This document shows, piece by piece, positions 34,978-47,104 of a DNA stretch of 64,000 bases. The stretch is taken from NCBI GenBank assembly GCA_047495785.1, contig JBLDXI010000025.1, positions 2,108,001-2,172,000 on the forward strand, in the 5' to 3' direction. How positions within the stretch are numbered: the stretch's first letter is position 1; each line of letters starts with the position of its first letter. This DNA is from Lepidodermella squamata (Eukaryota; Animalia; Gastrotricha). The notes under the pieces were generated by a model, which worked only from the letters and a program-made list of their open reading frames with translations, was not told where the DNA came from and ran no database searches. The translations under genes were made by a program, and so were the position numbers.

Positions 34978-35904
34978 TCACTTGTCCGCCGTTTTGCCAG
35001 ATTTCTCCCGTCGCTTGAGCACCGTAGCCCACGAAGGGCGGTGGAGGCGGTTGCTGAAAAGTGCTGGCGGCTGTTGATTGTAGCGCATAGCCGGCTCGGG
35101 CTGCTGCGGAGGCTGAGCATACCCTCGGCCGGTTGCAGCTGGCGGGGGGCGATTCTGGTGCGTTTTTGAAGCCGGTGGGCGTAGTTGTTTACCTTGACTG
35201 GCGTGCGTCGAACTTTGATTGCGCTTTTCTTCGGCTTTGGCTTTGTTTGACCAGCGTCCAGGGTTCTGCTGTTGCTGGCTTGGTTCCAGTTTCTTGACTT
35301 GGTCAATCGCAGACCGATAGACGAAGGAGCCGTGCTGCTCCGTGATCAGTCGATTGCCACGGATTTGGTAGTTCAGGTCCATGGTGTTGGAGTCGATTAG
35401 CTGTTGGAGCTGGTTTTCGAGCGCTCTGTTCATTACTTGCTGATGAGGGGTCCGGTACTTTTGTACCCAGACCCCATGGGCATTTAAAAAGCTTTGGTAA
35501 TCGCGAGCCAGGATTTGGTACATCCGTTTCGTAGAGCTTTCGGTCGACGGTAGCGTGACATGGATGTTTCTCACCATCGGCGATCGGCGTGCCGTCTTGC
35601 TAGCACCGCGGCTGGCCGAATCCTTGACATGCCAATTTTTCCCCGTTAGGAGAGGAACGAATTCTTCAATGATGTCTACCAAGTCTCCTTCGCGTTCGCC
35701 TACCCTCTCCCCGGCTCTCGGAATGGAGAGGAGCAACGAGGCTCTCCAAACGAAGGTTTCAAGCCGACTTAGACGCTTGCCGTCGGCTTGCTGTTTGCTG
35801 GTTAAATGAGATAATTGTTCTTCGAGCTCAGAAATCCGCTTCTCAAGTCCGGCGATCGTCACCTCGGATTGGGCAGGGGCGTTCGGGTCTTCTCCGTCGC
35901 TCAT
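34978..35904 (-). CDS. LINE ORF1p-like protein (308 aa, uninterrupted)
   Basis: N-terminal coiled coil (LEKRISELEEQLSHL), RRM/CTD-like segments (VWVQKYRTPHQQ, YQIRGNRLI), Q/P-rich tail. Followed by an endonuclease fragment. Confidence 0.7.
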   Translation of the reverse strand: MSDGEDPNAPAQSEVTIAGLEKRISELEEQLSHLTSKQQADGKRLSRLETFVWRASLLLSIPRAGERVGEREGDLVDIIEEFVPLLTGKNWHVKDSASRGASKTARRSPMVRNIHVTLPSTESSTKRMYQILARDYQSFLNAHGVWVQKYRTPHQQVMNRALENQLQQLIDSNTMDLNYQIRGNRLITEQHGSFVYRSAIDQVKKLEPSQQQQNPGRWSNKAKAEEKRNQSSTHASQGKQLRPPASKTHQNRPPPAATGRGYAQPPQQPEPAMRYNQQPPALFSNRLHRPSWATVLKRREKSGKTADK

Positions 35905-36524
35905 TGAGTGTAGCAGTTAAGATCAACGAAAATTTTATTATTTTTTACGAGGCACGAATGAAAAATAATTTTTATTTTATGTGATTCTGAATATATTGTC
36001 TTAGCTGTCGAATCATTGTCATCATTAAACTAACATTGTTCAATCAAATTGCTCCAGTTCCCTCTATCCCCAAGCGAGGCCAGGGTGCGATCATGAATCC
36101 TAAAGCTACCAGGAATGGAATATTTTTTTCGCTGTACCTTCGGTTACCAAAATTACTTCGGATTTCAACCACAAATACAAGCGAAGTCAGTAAAAATTTG
36201 AAAATTTTTCACTGAATCTAATTCTAAAACCAATTTCTCTTAGGCAAATTTACAAAGCAGTAGGCCAAATGTTCATTTTTACACCGGTCTGGCCGAGCTG
36301 GGGGCATGATAATCGCACACCGAATGCAGTATTATAGATATCGTATATCGTTGGGGTCCAAGATGTCATTCTTGAAGCCTCAGTAATCAAAAGCATTTGG
36401 GGCGAGCTGTCACATATCATTCCACATTGTTTCATAATTTCAACCTCAGACACTCTCCAATGTTCAACTCATTCCCTCTCATAAAAGGCTGGACAAATTC
36501 TTGTTTAGACCTTTCTTGTTTAGC

Positions 36525-36880
36525 CACACTGCTTCATTTTGCTCTCTGTAATTCAATATGCTGCTGCGAGGCTCCGAGCTCTGATGAGCGTGCAAATACG
36601 ATCAATATTTGTGCTCCATTAAATTGTCTGCTAAGCTTGACTGCGTAAGCACACAGCAATCACGCAAGCAAAGACTCGAACAGCCATCCTTTAATACTAT
36701 CGCTTGACTAGGTGAGAGCACCCGGTTGTAATATGCGAAAATGTGACGATTTTTCATTATTTGCGTTATTGAAGCAAGGCTCGTGCCACACCATTTCCTT
36801 TTCCCATTTTCTCATTGAACTTGATACGAGTGTGTTCATAGAAGCTCATCGATTATGATATACTAGACGCTAGACCTTCA
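36525..36880 (+). promoter_or_regulatory. Conserved upstream module (before G8)
   Basis: cacactgcttcatt, tgtaattcaata, acgatcaata, atgcgaaaat, aagcaaggctcgtgccac. The flank 36270-36525 also resembles 52190-52460. Confidence 0.55.
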
Positions 36881-37630
36881 TGTGGCATCAAAAGATATAC
36901 AAGTATTAAGATAGAGGTGGCAATGCTAGTAAAAGTATCTGTTTTATGGGATGATTGCTCACAATATCAAGCTTTCTTTCTCGCGCGACTTCCTGATTGC
37001 ACAGTACGTGTTTTGGTCCGATCTGTAATTGAGCAGATGTTTAATACAGCAATCAGGCCAACCCGAAAAAAATGCATTGTGTTACCATAAAAGCTCCTAT
37101 TATGGAAAAGTGGGAGTTATGACGGGTCTAGAAAGTCAGGAAAAACATGATTAACATCTGAATAATCAATAATCGACTTGAAGGGTGTCGATTTCTGATG
37201 GCTGTGAAATATTTTTAATATGTTTAAGATGTTGCTAGATTGCAAATACCTATATACTTGTATGTTCTTAACACTCTACCGGCCGAAGGTTTTTGCGTGT
37301 ATCTTTCCTGCTGCGCCGGGGTTTTTTCAATGTACCTAGTAAAAAATTCGACCCCCAGATAATTATATTTTCACGATAGGGTTGTTAAACTCTCCAGTAG
37401 TAAGTGTCAGGTGTCCGGCTGGAGAGTAGATGCAGAAAATTCACAGTCATGATCTTCGCCTGAGCACCAATCAATGAATCTCGGAAGGAAACTTATAGTA
37501 ATTTGATTGATTTATATCGATTTTACGTGCACACTTTGCTAAAAATCGTCAGGCATCCAAGCGCCTTGAAGCGAAGCTAAAAAATATGTCCCTATCAAAT
37601 TATTTACTTGCGTTTTTGTTGGCATTGCTG

Positions 37631-37669
37631 ATGATTATAGAAGCTATCGAGATCCATGCTGCTTGTAGG
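37631..37669 (+). other. Orphan duplicate of coding exon 1 upstream of G8
   Basis: MIIEAIEIHAACR followed by gtatta, in the same phase and context as exon 1 of G7 and G13. Confidence 0.6.
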
Positions 37670-37801
37670 GTATTATTTGTTTATTTTATTTAAGGAGCCA
37701 TAACGCCTGGAAGAGGACAGATCAGACACGTCACATCTTCAACAGCCAAATCTTATTCAAAAATAATTTTTGCTTCAGGTTTTAGTGAAAAAAGTTTTTT
37801 T

Positions 37802-39399
37802 ATGGAAACCGACGTGAGACATGTTGCTTGCAAGGTGTTATATCTTCAATGTATGTGTAATCCATATTCTCATATTTGAATTATTCCAGATATGCGGCAA
37901 GTCAGTCGCGAAGCGAAAAAACTACTTTCCAGGGCAATGCTCGGCGTGTCAGGTAAAAATCAAACTTCGAAATGGAGCTTTTAATGTTAAATGTACAGAA
38001 ATTCTTCACTCGGCAAGCTTCAAGGCGATTTGAATTTCAGTGTCTTACTGGTAGCAGTAATTGCGAAATCGTTCCAGGAAAAACTCGTGGTTGTTGCACT
38101 CGCTGCCGTCTTGAAAGGTGCTTCGCTTTACGATTAAGCGCAGGTTGAATACCCACAGACGATTGAAGTTCGGTAAATTCAGTCTTTTACTTCAGCACTG
38201 AAAAAGAGCAGCGATAAGAATGCTAATAACGAATCAGAGGCCAAAGGTCAGGAGAACACTGCCGATAATTGGACCCAGGCAACGATCCCAGGCAGCCCAG
38301 ATCTTCTCCACCTTAGAATTGCAGAGGAAGCCACAAAAAGCTCAATTGTTGGGCTCACCTTTCTGCATGACATGAATTCAGTAAGTTGTGTGAGTTTCCT
38401 CAGTCCACATTGTTTCTATTCGTTTCTAATTCAGTTTCCGCTACGAAGAAGAAATGTTCCTTATCATGATATCTCAATTATGGCATCGGAATTTTCTACC
38501 GATCAAGTGAGAATCTACAACGATGTCGGCATAAGGTTCGCACAGTACATGAAAGGTAATCATTACTTATTCAATCTGATATTCCGATAATCCATTTCAT
38601 CTTACAGAGGCTTTCGCCTTATCTGATCGGGAATCGGCACAGGCCATTGAGACAGGATGGCTTTTAACCGCGCTAGCTTTTCCAGCACAACCTGGCAATG
38701 ACAATCCACTTACAATTAATGACGCGGTTTTACCACAGTTTCTGGCCGTTTTCCCGGAGTTTGAGGTAGTTATTTGGTGGTTGATGTATTTTAATGATTC
38801 GAGATGCGCCTGAGGATATTTAGATGAGAAAGGCAAGTTTCCGACTAGTGCGCGAAAAGTTTTGTCTAATTTGGTGCCGTACATACGAGAGTCGCTACTA
38901 TTGCGATCATCGCGGTCTTGGGGCATGTGGACATCCTAAATGTTCAGTCTGAAAGTTGTTTGGGGCCTGAAGCACAGTACAGTACAGTATATGCAGTACA
39001 TGTATCTAACTTTGTCTATTTTGCAGCCTTTCGCTAAGTGGGGAAAGGAGCTGTCACATGTGCTGAGTTGCTGGGAACCGACAATGCCAGAATTCGCTTT
39101 ATTCCTCTGCTACCTGTATTTTAGTGGTTCGCACAAAATTGATGATCACTCCTCATGCTTAATGCTCTTTATTTCTTTACTCAGCATCCGAGACTCGGGC
39201 ATTGGTTCGATTATCAAATGTACTGCAGAAATCTATGTTCATGCAATGCGCTGCTATGAGGAAAGGAAGCGAGTGGCAAGACCACGTCAAAAGAGCAATT
39301 ACTATTATGGATCAAGCCGCAGCGTACAGGCGAACATTTTATAAGAAAGCAGAGGATCGCTCAAGTTCATGGGTGCGCAACATCAAGCTGCCTTTCTAA
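37802..39399 (+). CDS. Divergent nuclear receptor-like gene G8 (class A DBD)
   Basis: METDVRHVACK|ICGKSVAKRKNYFPGQCSACQ|KFFTRQASRRFEFQCLTGSSNCEIVPGKTRGCCTRCRLERC. Eight exons. Confidence 0.87.
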
Positions 39400-39866
39400 T
39401 TTCAGATACGTAGTAAAGTGTTCAGTTGTTCGATACCTAAATAAAAATGCTTCTGATATTCGCGTTGCCATTTATTTTTCAAGTCGCCTAAACCACGGTG
39501 TTATGAATACCGTGAGTACATAACTCAGGATTTCTCAGAGAATACCGAACAAAAAACTATTTCTAGTTATATGTGGTTGCGCTGCCGCGCCCTATTTTCA
39601 TCAATGTTACTCTTATCAAACGTTGTGCGCTTAATCAAATTGAATTAGGGCGAGCTCAAATGGAATGATCCAATCAATCGTGCTTAGCACGAGCGATGTG
39701 GCGATACTTCATAGAGCAAGCATAACAAAAATGAATGTCATTTCATAAGCCACGCTTAATGGCTGTCATCGGAAATTAGAATGGGTAAGGTTAATTGGTG
39801 GATTACATTAGTTACACCAAATTTACAATCGATTCCTCGGTTTAAACTAGAATAATTAAAAGTATT

Positions 39867-40372
39867 ATGGCGATCAGCGGGCGGCTAGCGGGTCAAAAAC
39901 AAAGGGCTACAATATTCTGCAACGTAATACTATCCCCGGATGCTCGAAATCCGGTATAACCATTTCTTCCATAGGTATGCGGCAAAGTTGTTGCGCCTAG
40001 ACTACGATACCAGCCGAGGCGATGTAACGCCTGTCAGGTAAACTCCGCCTCCCGTATCACCTCTAATTTATGATTTTTTGGAATCATTTTGAGAAATTTT
40101 TTGCTCGGCAATCCCAACGACGATACGAATTTCAATGTATTACTGGAAGATTCGACTGCAAGATACAGCATGGAGAAACGCGGGGTTGCTGCACCCGTTG
40201 CCGGCTCGAAACTTGCTTTCTATTAAGAGGAACAAATCGTAAGTTATGTATTTCAACCAGCAAAACATATAATGGCCCAGATCATAGAAAGCAAGCTTCC
40301 GAGCCTTTAAGCACCGATGCTAGGGAACTTAATTACCGGGCTCATTTATCATTTCTCAATGACTTGCATTCA
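39867..40372 (+). CDS. Truncated nuclear receptor-like gene G9: intact DBD and short hinge, no LBD exons (possibly a pseudogene)
   Basis: MAISGR...IFCN|VCGKVVAPRLRYQPRRCNACQ|KFFARQSQRRYEFQCITGRFDCKIQHGETRGCCTRCRLETC...SFLNDLHS. Frame stays open to 40582 if unspliced. Confidence 0.65.
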
Positions 40373-41140
40373 GCATTTTACAGTGATTTTCCAAGTGTAA
40401 TCAAGTGCAGATCTCAAAAGGGTGCGCGGAAATTTTGCTTGTACCCAGATTCCCTTTCACCTCAAGCAGTTCACCTTAAACAAGGCGATCCCATAATAAC
40501 GGGGTTGACAGCAACATTTTACCGATTTGTATTGGTAAATCGTTCCTCAAATCGAATTACGCATTTCAATTTTATACGTTGATTTACAAAGGCAGAGGCA
40601 TAGCGTCAGACTAACTCAAACTCAATTTTATGTAATTATAATGTTCAATAGGTTAGCTGGTTTACTAAGGCGCGCGTTTCGTCTGTAGTTGTATTCGGCC
40701 GAAACACGAACTTCCCCATATGTGTGACGTTGACCAAACAGCTGTCCGCGATGTCCAGACCATCCGCTGGAGCTTAAATTACTGACGTTGCTTTAGTACC
40801 TTTCAAGCGTCAAGCCGCAGCGCCTTTATTTTGCTTAGACTGTATGACTAATACATGGTTGCTGAAAGGTAAAATGTACTCCTTTGAAGCTTCTCATTGA
40901 TAGCCGTCTCTGAATTGGATTTCTATATTGCGAGTCATTATTTCGCTTTAATGCTGAGAGAAATTCTCAGTGTTTTGGTGCAGGCATGTTTCCTGCCTAA
41001 TACATTTTACTCAATGATGCATAGGCGCGTGCAATAAAACGGAAAATCAATAAAGCTTGTAAGGTTTGCCATGCAAAGGGACGCCTTATTCGTCCGATAG
41101 TACTACATATGCACATTTTGAACGATTTTCAGGTATCAAA

Positions 41141-42764
41141 ATGGACGAACGCGATGAAGAAGTTGCTCAAGAGCGAGCTACAATCTACTGCAGGGTAAAA
41201 GCTTCGCATGTTTTTTTTGCCTGCTCATAATCCAATCATTTTGCTCACAGGTATGTGGCAAGGTTGTCCCACCGAGAAAGCGATATCATCCTAGGCAATG
41301 TAATGCCTGCCAGGTAGGAACATTCCTTGTCAATTTGGCTCTAAGCAATTGTCTGGTAATTATTTAGAAATTTTTCTCTCGACAAGCCGATCGAAGATAC
41401 GAATTCCAATGTATCGGTGGCAAATTTGACTGCAAGATAAAGCAGGGAAGAACTCGTGGTTGTTGTACCCGATGTCGGCTTGAAAAATGCTTTGAAACAC
41501 GTATCCAAATTCGTTTGTCATCTTATTCGCTGATCTACTTGAGAAAATGACTACAACATTTTGCAGATATGAAGAAGCAAGTTGCCAAAGAAGATCCTGC
41601 AAATTCAAAAATTGAGCCGAGTGGCCCTTTTGGAGTTGACAAGAATAATTTGTCCCAAATCGACCACATTGATGACTCAAGTTTAGTCTTAGTCGAAAAG
41701 GTGACAAAAAAATCAATTTTGGGACTCACGATTCTGCATGATTTATATTCGGTAAGAGAAAGAATTGACTTTGCGATATTTTTCGAAAATTTTCCATTTC
41801 CATAGTTCCCTCTCCGAAAACGCGATAAACCGTATGTCGACATCAATATGTTGGCCGCTGACTTTTGCATTCATCACATCAGCATTTTCTACAATTTGAG
41901 CTTCAAATTCGCGGAGCACATCAGAGGTTGGCTTTTATTATTCATGGATTTTGTTCGTGATTAGTTCATATTCCCTAGATGCATTTTCATTGTCTGACTC
42001 TGATTTCGACGCAACTTTGACTACAGGCTGGGCACCAACAGCTTTCACATTTGCAGCTCTGCCGAGTAACCAATGTGCCATGTCCGTCAACGATGCTATT
42101 CTTCCTCAATTTTTAACCATTTTTCCGGAGTATAAGGTTAGTATCGATAGTAGATATTGAGCAGGCCAAGGCGTAGCGCGGTAGTTTAAGGTCACCTTGA
42201 GCAAATCAAGTATAAGGCGATATGGCGTAATATCCTCCAACGTTAACGTGAATTCGTAGAAAATGACGATAAATCATGCACAGCCATTAGCAATTAGCCA
42301 TGTGAAGAGTTGTTGGTTGTTGTATTCATCTGCTTCTACTAAAATGTTTCCACAGCCAGTGGTCGAGCTATCCAAGGAGCTTTCGCACGTGATAACATGC
42401 TGGAATCCATCGATGCCCGAATTTGCCTTACTACTCATTTTTTTGTTCCTCAGTGGTGAGACTTTTCTTGTTCAGAATGTTCTCGAACTCGTCTCCACTT
42501 TATCCAGGAAAGAGCGTTCGAGCGACAAACCCCCGCCTGACTCAACTTTCAAGACTCGCGAAAAAGTCTCTCGCTGTTTTGAAATCATCAACCTCAAATG
42601 GCGATGAAAGCCATAGTGACAACTATCCCAATCGAATACCAACAATATTGGAAAACCTTGCTGAAATAACACCAGGTATCATTGAAACCACGGCAGCTCG
42701 CCGAGATTTCGCTTTTACAGAGCAGCAATTCAGCATGGCTATGGAGAGGCTTTCAATGTCTTAA
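41141..42764 (+). CDS. Divergent nuclear receptor-like gene G10 (class B DBD; most divergent LBD and last exon)
   Basis: MDERDE...IYCR|VCGKVVPPRKRYHPRQCNACQ|KFFSRQADRRYEFQC...; WNPSMPEFALLLIFLF; last exon ends MERLSMS*. Confidence 0.83.
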
Positions 42765-43768
42765 ATACGGGCAAATCGAGAACTCTGGACAAAGAATTCT
42801 TGCTGATGCCAAACAGTGTCGACTCATTTTCCTTTCTAATTGTGGTTTCGAAGCTCGAACATCACCCCTCTAAAGCAATAACAAAAAAATGTTACAGAAA
42901 AGTCTGAATAATACCGATGAGCGACGATTACCAATGTGAAATCATCGTCATGTTAAAGTGTGAGCATACTCTAGATAAAGAATGAAACATAACATTGAGC
43001 ACAGAAGCGAAGTAATAAAATAACGCAACGCCAGATAGGGTTTTTGCCGGTTTGGGCCTTTTGAAAATACACATGGGGCATATAACGTGTGTTTTTTTAT
43101 TCAGCCCGAATTTTCGGGTCGCCCACTTCTGAAGCTCATCTTGAAATAAAAAAGACTTCATTGCCCGAAAACCTCTGGTGTTTACATCGAAAAATCTGTC
43201 TTCCGGTGCCTACACCTGAGCTTTCCGAAATACCGGGGTCAATAAAAAAACGCACCCATATTGTTGTAGCCTTTTGTTAACTTTTGTTGTTCTTGGACGT
43301 TCTGGGGATCCCTGTGTAACATTTCTCTGATGATTAATCGTCGGCAGGAATCGGCAGGGTACCAAGCAAATCCGGGATCTAATTTCATTGTACCTTTCAG
43401 AAGACTTTACAAAACTGGTAAAGATCTGGAACGATTTACCATCGAATTGCTTTCCTCCTACTTCTGAATATTATCAAATGTCGGATGAGTGCGCTAGGCC
43501 TAAGTCTAAACCTGTGGCACTCTTTGCAATTTGACATGCACATTTTTGTTGAATAAAAAATGTCATTCAAGCATTATCATTTTCTTACTTCATCTAGAAG
43601 CTATGACAGATACTCTTGAGAAGCACTAATAACCTATGCTAGCGTTGTTTTCACTCATCGATGCGTGCTATAAGAGAGCAAAAAAATCAATAAAGCGCTG
43701 TCCTGCGAAAAAATAGTTCAGTTTTTCTTATCGAACTGTAGAAAAAATTAGAATTCTAAAGCATTAAC

Positions 43769-45486
43769 ATGGATACCAACGATGAACAGTGTGTCAAGAA
43801 ACAAAAGTCAGTAGTCTACTGCAACGTAATTATTTTCGTGACTTTTTTGACTCCACAACCTAATTTATTTCATATAGATTTGTGGAAAAGTTGTCCCGCC
43901 GAGAGAGCGTTATCATCCTAGGCAATGTAATGCTTGCCAGGTAATTTTTTATTCTCAACGTTTTCGGTAATAATTTCTAGCATTCATTTAGAAATTTTTC
44001 GCCCGACAACGCGAACGAAGATTTGAATTTCAATGTATCACTGGGAAATTCAACTGTGAGATAAATCCGGGAGAAACTCGTGGTTGCTGTACCCGTTGCC
44101 GGCTTGAAAAATGCTTTGCATTGAGACTCCAAAGATGTATGTCATTTGTTTTCCTATTTTTAGACAGATATATATATAAGTAGAATCCTCTAGATTTAAG
44201 GAAGAAAAGCGATGACTCTCCGGGCGATACTGAAAAGGATCCAAATGAAGATTCTAGGTCGAAAGAAGATAACTCGGCTTCAAATGAAAATTCATGTGGC
44301 ATCTGGCTTAGTGCCATTGGCGAAGAATCAGCCTCCCGCTTTGTAACTGCTAATAGCAGGAATTCAATGATACCAAACAACCCTGTTCTAATCCACTTCA
44401 GACAGGTGGAGGAAGTCACCAAAAGCTGCATTATCGCGCTCACGTTTCTGCATGACTTGCATTCGGTAACTTTATCTAGGTTTTCTCAGTCCAATCACTC
44501 ATTCCATGTCGAATTTAGCTCCCGCTGAGAAGACGGAACGTTCCTTATGATGACATCTCCCAGCTAGCATCAGAATTTTACACCGGTCAGATCAGGATCT
44601 ACAACGAAGCAAGCACCAAATTCGCTAAGTACTTAAAGGGTACACATTTTTTCAATTAATCTGATTTTGCTCATCGATTCATTTCAAGTTTAATGTTACT
44701 CTATTGCAGATGCTTTTGGAGTTTCTAATCACGAATTGACTCAAGCTGTGGCGACCGGGTGGCCCTCAACTGTGTTAGGTTTCACTGCCCAACCTGGCAG
44801 CGATAACCCAACACCAGTCAACGAAGCTCTCTTACCAGCATTTCTGACCGCTTTTCCCGAGTTTGAGGTAAACACTGTTAACCGCTATTTTCAACGGTAC
44901 ATGATACGAAACATACAGTTGAACATGTATGATGCTATGCTATACAGGCGTCTCACCTTCATGTTCAAAATAAGAATCCCAATATTCCATATCTCATGAA
45001 GCAAATGAGTTGAGCCCTAGCCCCTAGCGTGATTAACATTGTTCGGAAGCTTTTCATCGGTCGAAGGCGGAGTCTAACATTGTAAATCTATTTATTATTT
45101 TTACAGCCTGCCGTTATGTCGGCTAGGCAGCTATCCCGCGTGCTGAGTGCCTGGCAACCAACAATGCCGGAATGCGCTTTATTCCTCTGTTACCTATTCT
45201 TCAGCGGTATTTATCAAATCTGTGTTTTCCGTTTTGGGTACATCAAATGATTCTTTGATACGCAGGATCCTCGATTCCGAAATTGGTTCGACTGTCAAAT
45301 TTCTTGTTGAAATCGCTGTTCATGCATTACGTTGCTCTGAGAAGAGGGAATCAGCGGCAGGATGGAATTCACATCGAAAGAGCCATGGCTATCATGCAAC
45401 AAACCACAGCAGATAGACCGACATTTTTGAAAAAAGCGGAGGCTCACTTAACTTCCTGGGTGCGAGAAGTCAAGCCGTCCTTGTAG
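43769..45486 (+). CDS. Divergent nuclear receptor-like gene G11 (class B DBD, long hinge)
   Basis: MDTNDE...VYCN|ICGKVVPPRERYHPRQCNACQ|KFFARQRERRFEFQC... Eight exons in frame. Confidence 0.86.
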
Positions 45487-46138
45487 TCTGAAGCGTTGTT
45501 AACCTTTTCGTGTTTTAGTGACATCTCAATGAATAAACATCGGTTCGTCGAGTCGTCTAGCGAAGAAATCGATTCAACTTTTCCTGATAATGGGTTGTGT
45601 ACTGAATTTTCCTTATCCTATCTCTTATCACATTTCAATGTCCCCACGGTCTTCGAATTCTTCAAATTTCGGTCATCGCCACTGATCACACCATATCAAG
45701 TTTAGTTACAGCGCAATTCGAAATGACTCCAGCAATAGCTTTCAATTTATTGGTGATGAAGCGCTGAATTTTAGGTATAAAACGATGAAAATAGTAATTG
45801 CTGGTGTTTACCACCTATGAAAGTATGGGATGTCATCACTGATCACCCACTCACGCCGCTCTGTGTCTGATGTGCGAGTTCGATCAATAATTCTGCTCTA
45901 TTAAAGCCTCAGACTAGTATTGCAGCTTCTGAAATTTAATATGCTACGAGTTAGGCATTGAATTGGAAAGCAGCATCAATGAGCGTTTTGCCTTGCATTG
46001 CAAGAGTTGGAACAACATTTTGAGGCGATTATCGCTGTTTTTTTCGTGACGAACTATCACACTATAAAACCTACAAAAACGTTATTGGTATTTCCTGAAA
46101 GCCATAGAATAGGTTACTATCCCGTCTTTCTTATGCAG

Positions 46139-46345
46139 CAAATTCGGTTCCGGCGTTGGTTCGAATATCAGATGTCTTGCAGAATCATGCATTACGCTGC
46201 TTTAAGAAAAGGATGTCAGTCGAAGGACGAGAATCATGTTGAAAGAACTATTGCTATCAAGCAGCAGGCTGCAGCGTATAGGCCCGGCGTTGTTCAAAAA
46301 AGCAGAGGCGCGCCCGATTTCCTGGGTTAAAAACATCAGTTCATG
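46139..46345 (+). pseudogene. Last-exon remnant of a G15-like gene
   Basis: ALVRISDVLQ...MHYAALRKGCQSKDENHVERTIA with frameshifts. Downstream 46350-46620 resembles 62110-62400. Confidence 0.8.
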
Positions 46346-46839
46346 AATTTAAGAAGTGTTCTCTTGCTTGACAATGAAATAATACAAAATACAATAATGA
46401 TTAATCCGAGAGTATGGCGTCTTTTTTTCTGACCAATGATTCCGAAATCTTCTCAGGAAAGTGGCTGGATGTTAGCTTTTCTTCCACTGACAGCAATCTC
46501 GTTCTAAATGTCACATTGACCCGAGTTGATTGTTATTATCATAAAAAGTTCCTCGAGTTCAAGGTGAGGCAGAGAATTCTCAGAATAGGATATTGACAGG
46601 AACCATCTTCATTCGTACGCGTAAATTGTGATGGAATTCCAGTGATGCAGTGTGCGATCGAAAGAACGTTATCAGTTGAATTCAGCGAACATGGCAATGT
46701 GAGCTGTTAATTCATTTTATCTCTAAGAACTCCTGATCTTAACCAACTGGAACTTGGGACTGGCGGAAAAGCCGCGCATTTCGGTAATTTATCTTTGTTA
46801 CTCGATATCAAGCTGGCCCGTTCATTAATTTTCTAATTT

Positions 46840-47104
46840 ATCTCCTATCGCGACGTCGAAACATGTTGACATCACCGAGCTAGTACATCTAATAACAGCG
46901 AATTAATGACTTCAAAGAGTATGTACACTCTCGCAGCGAACGCGATCGGCATTTGGAACTATCGACTTTCTTTAGCATACGAAAATCAGCTCGAAATAGC
47001 AACTGCTGTTATGAAGCAAGACGCAATACAAAGACCGACCTTTATGAAAATGCCGATGCTCATCCAACTTCCTACAAGTACAAAACGTCAAGCCATCATT
47101 ATAG
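46840..47104 (+). pseudogene. Heavily deleted nuclear receptor-like remnant (pieces of exons 5 and 8)
   Basis: gcgacgtcgaaac..gacatcaccgagctag, then YENQLEIATAVMKQDAIQRPTF and aacgtcaagccatcattatag. Confidence 0.6.

Noticed and set aside
44030-44443. Minus-strand ORFs opposite receptor exons (also 41360-41870, 61009-61350 and others)
   Set aside because: Antisense shadows of plus-strand coding exons with no motifs of their own.
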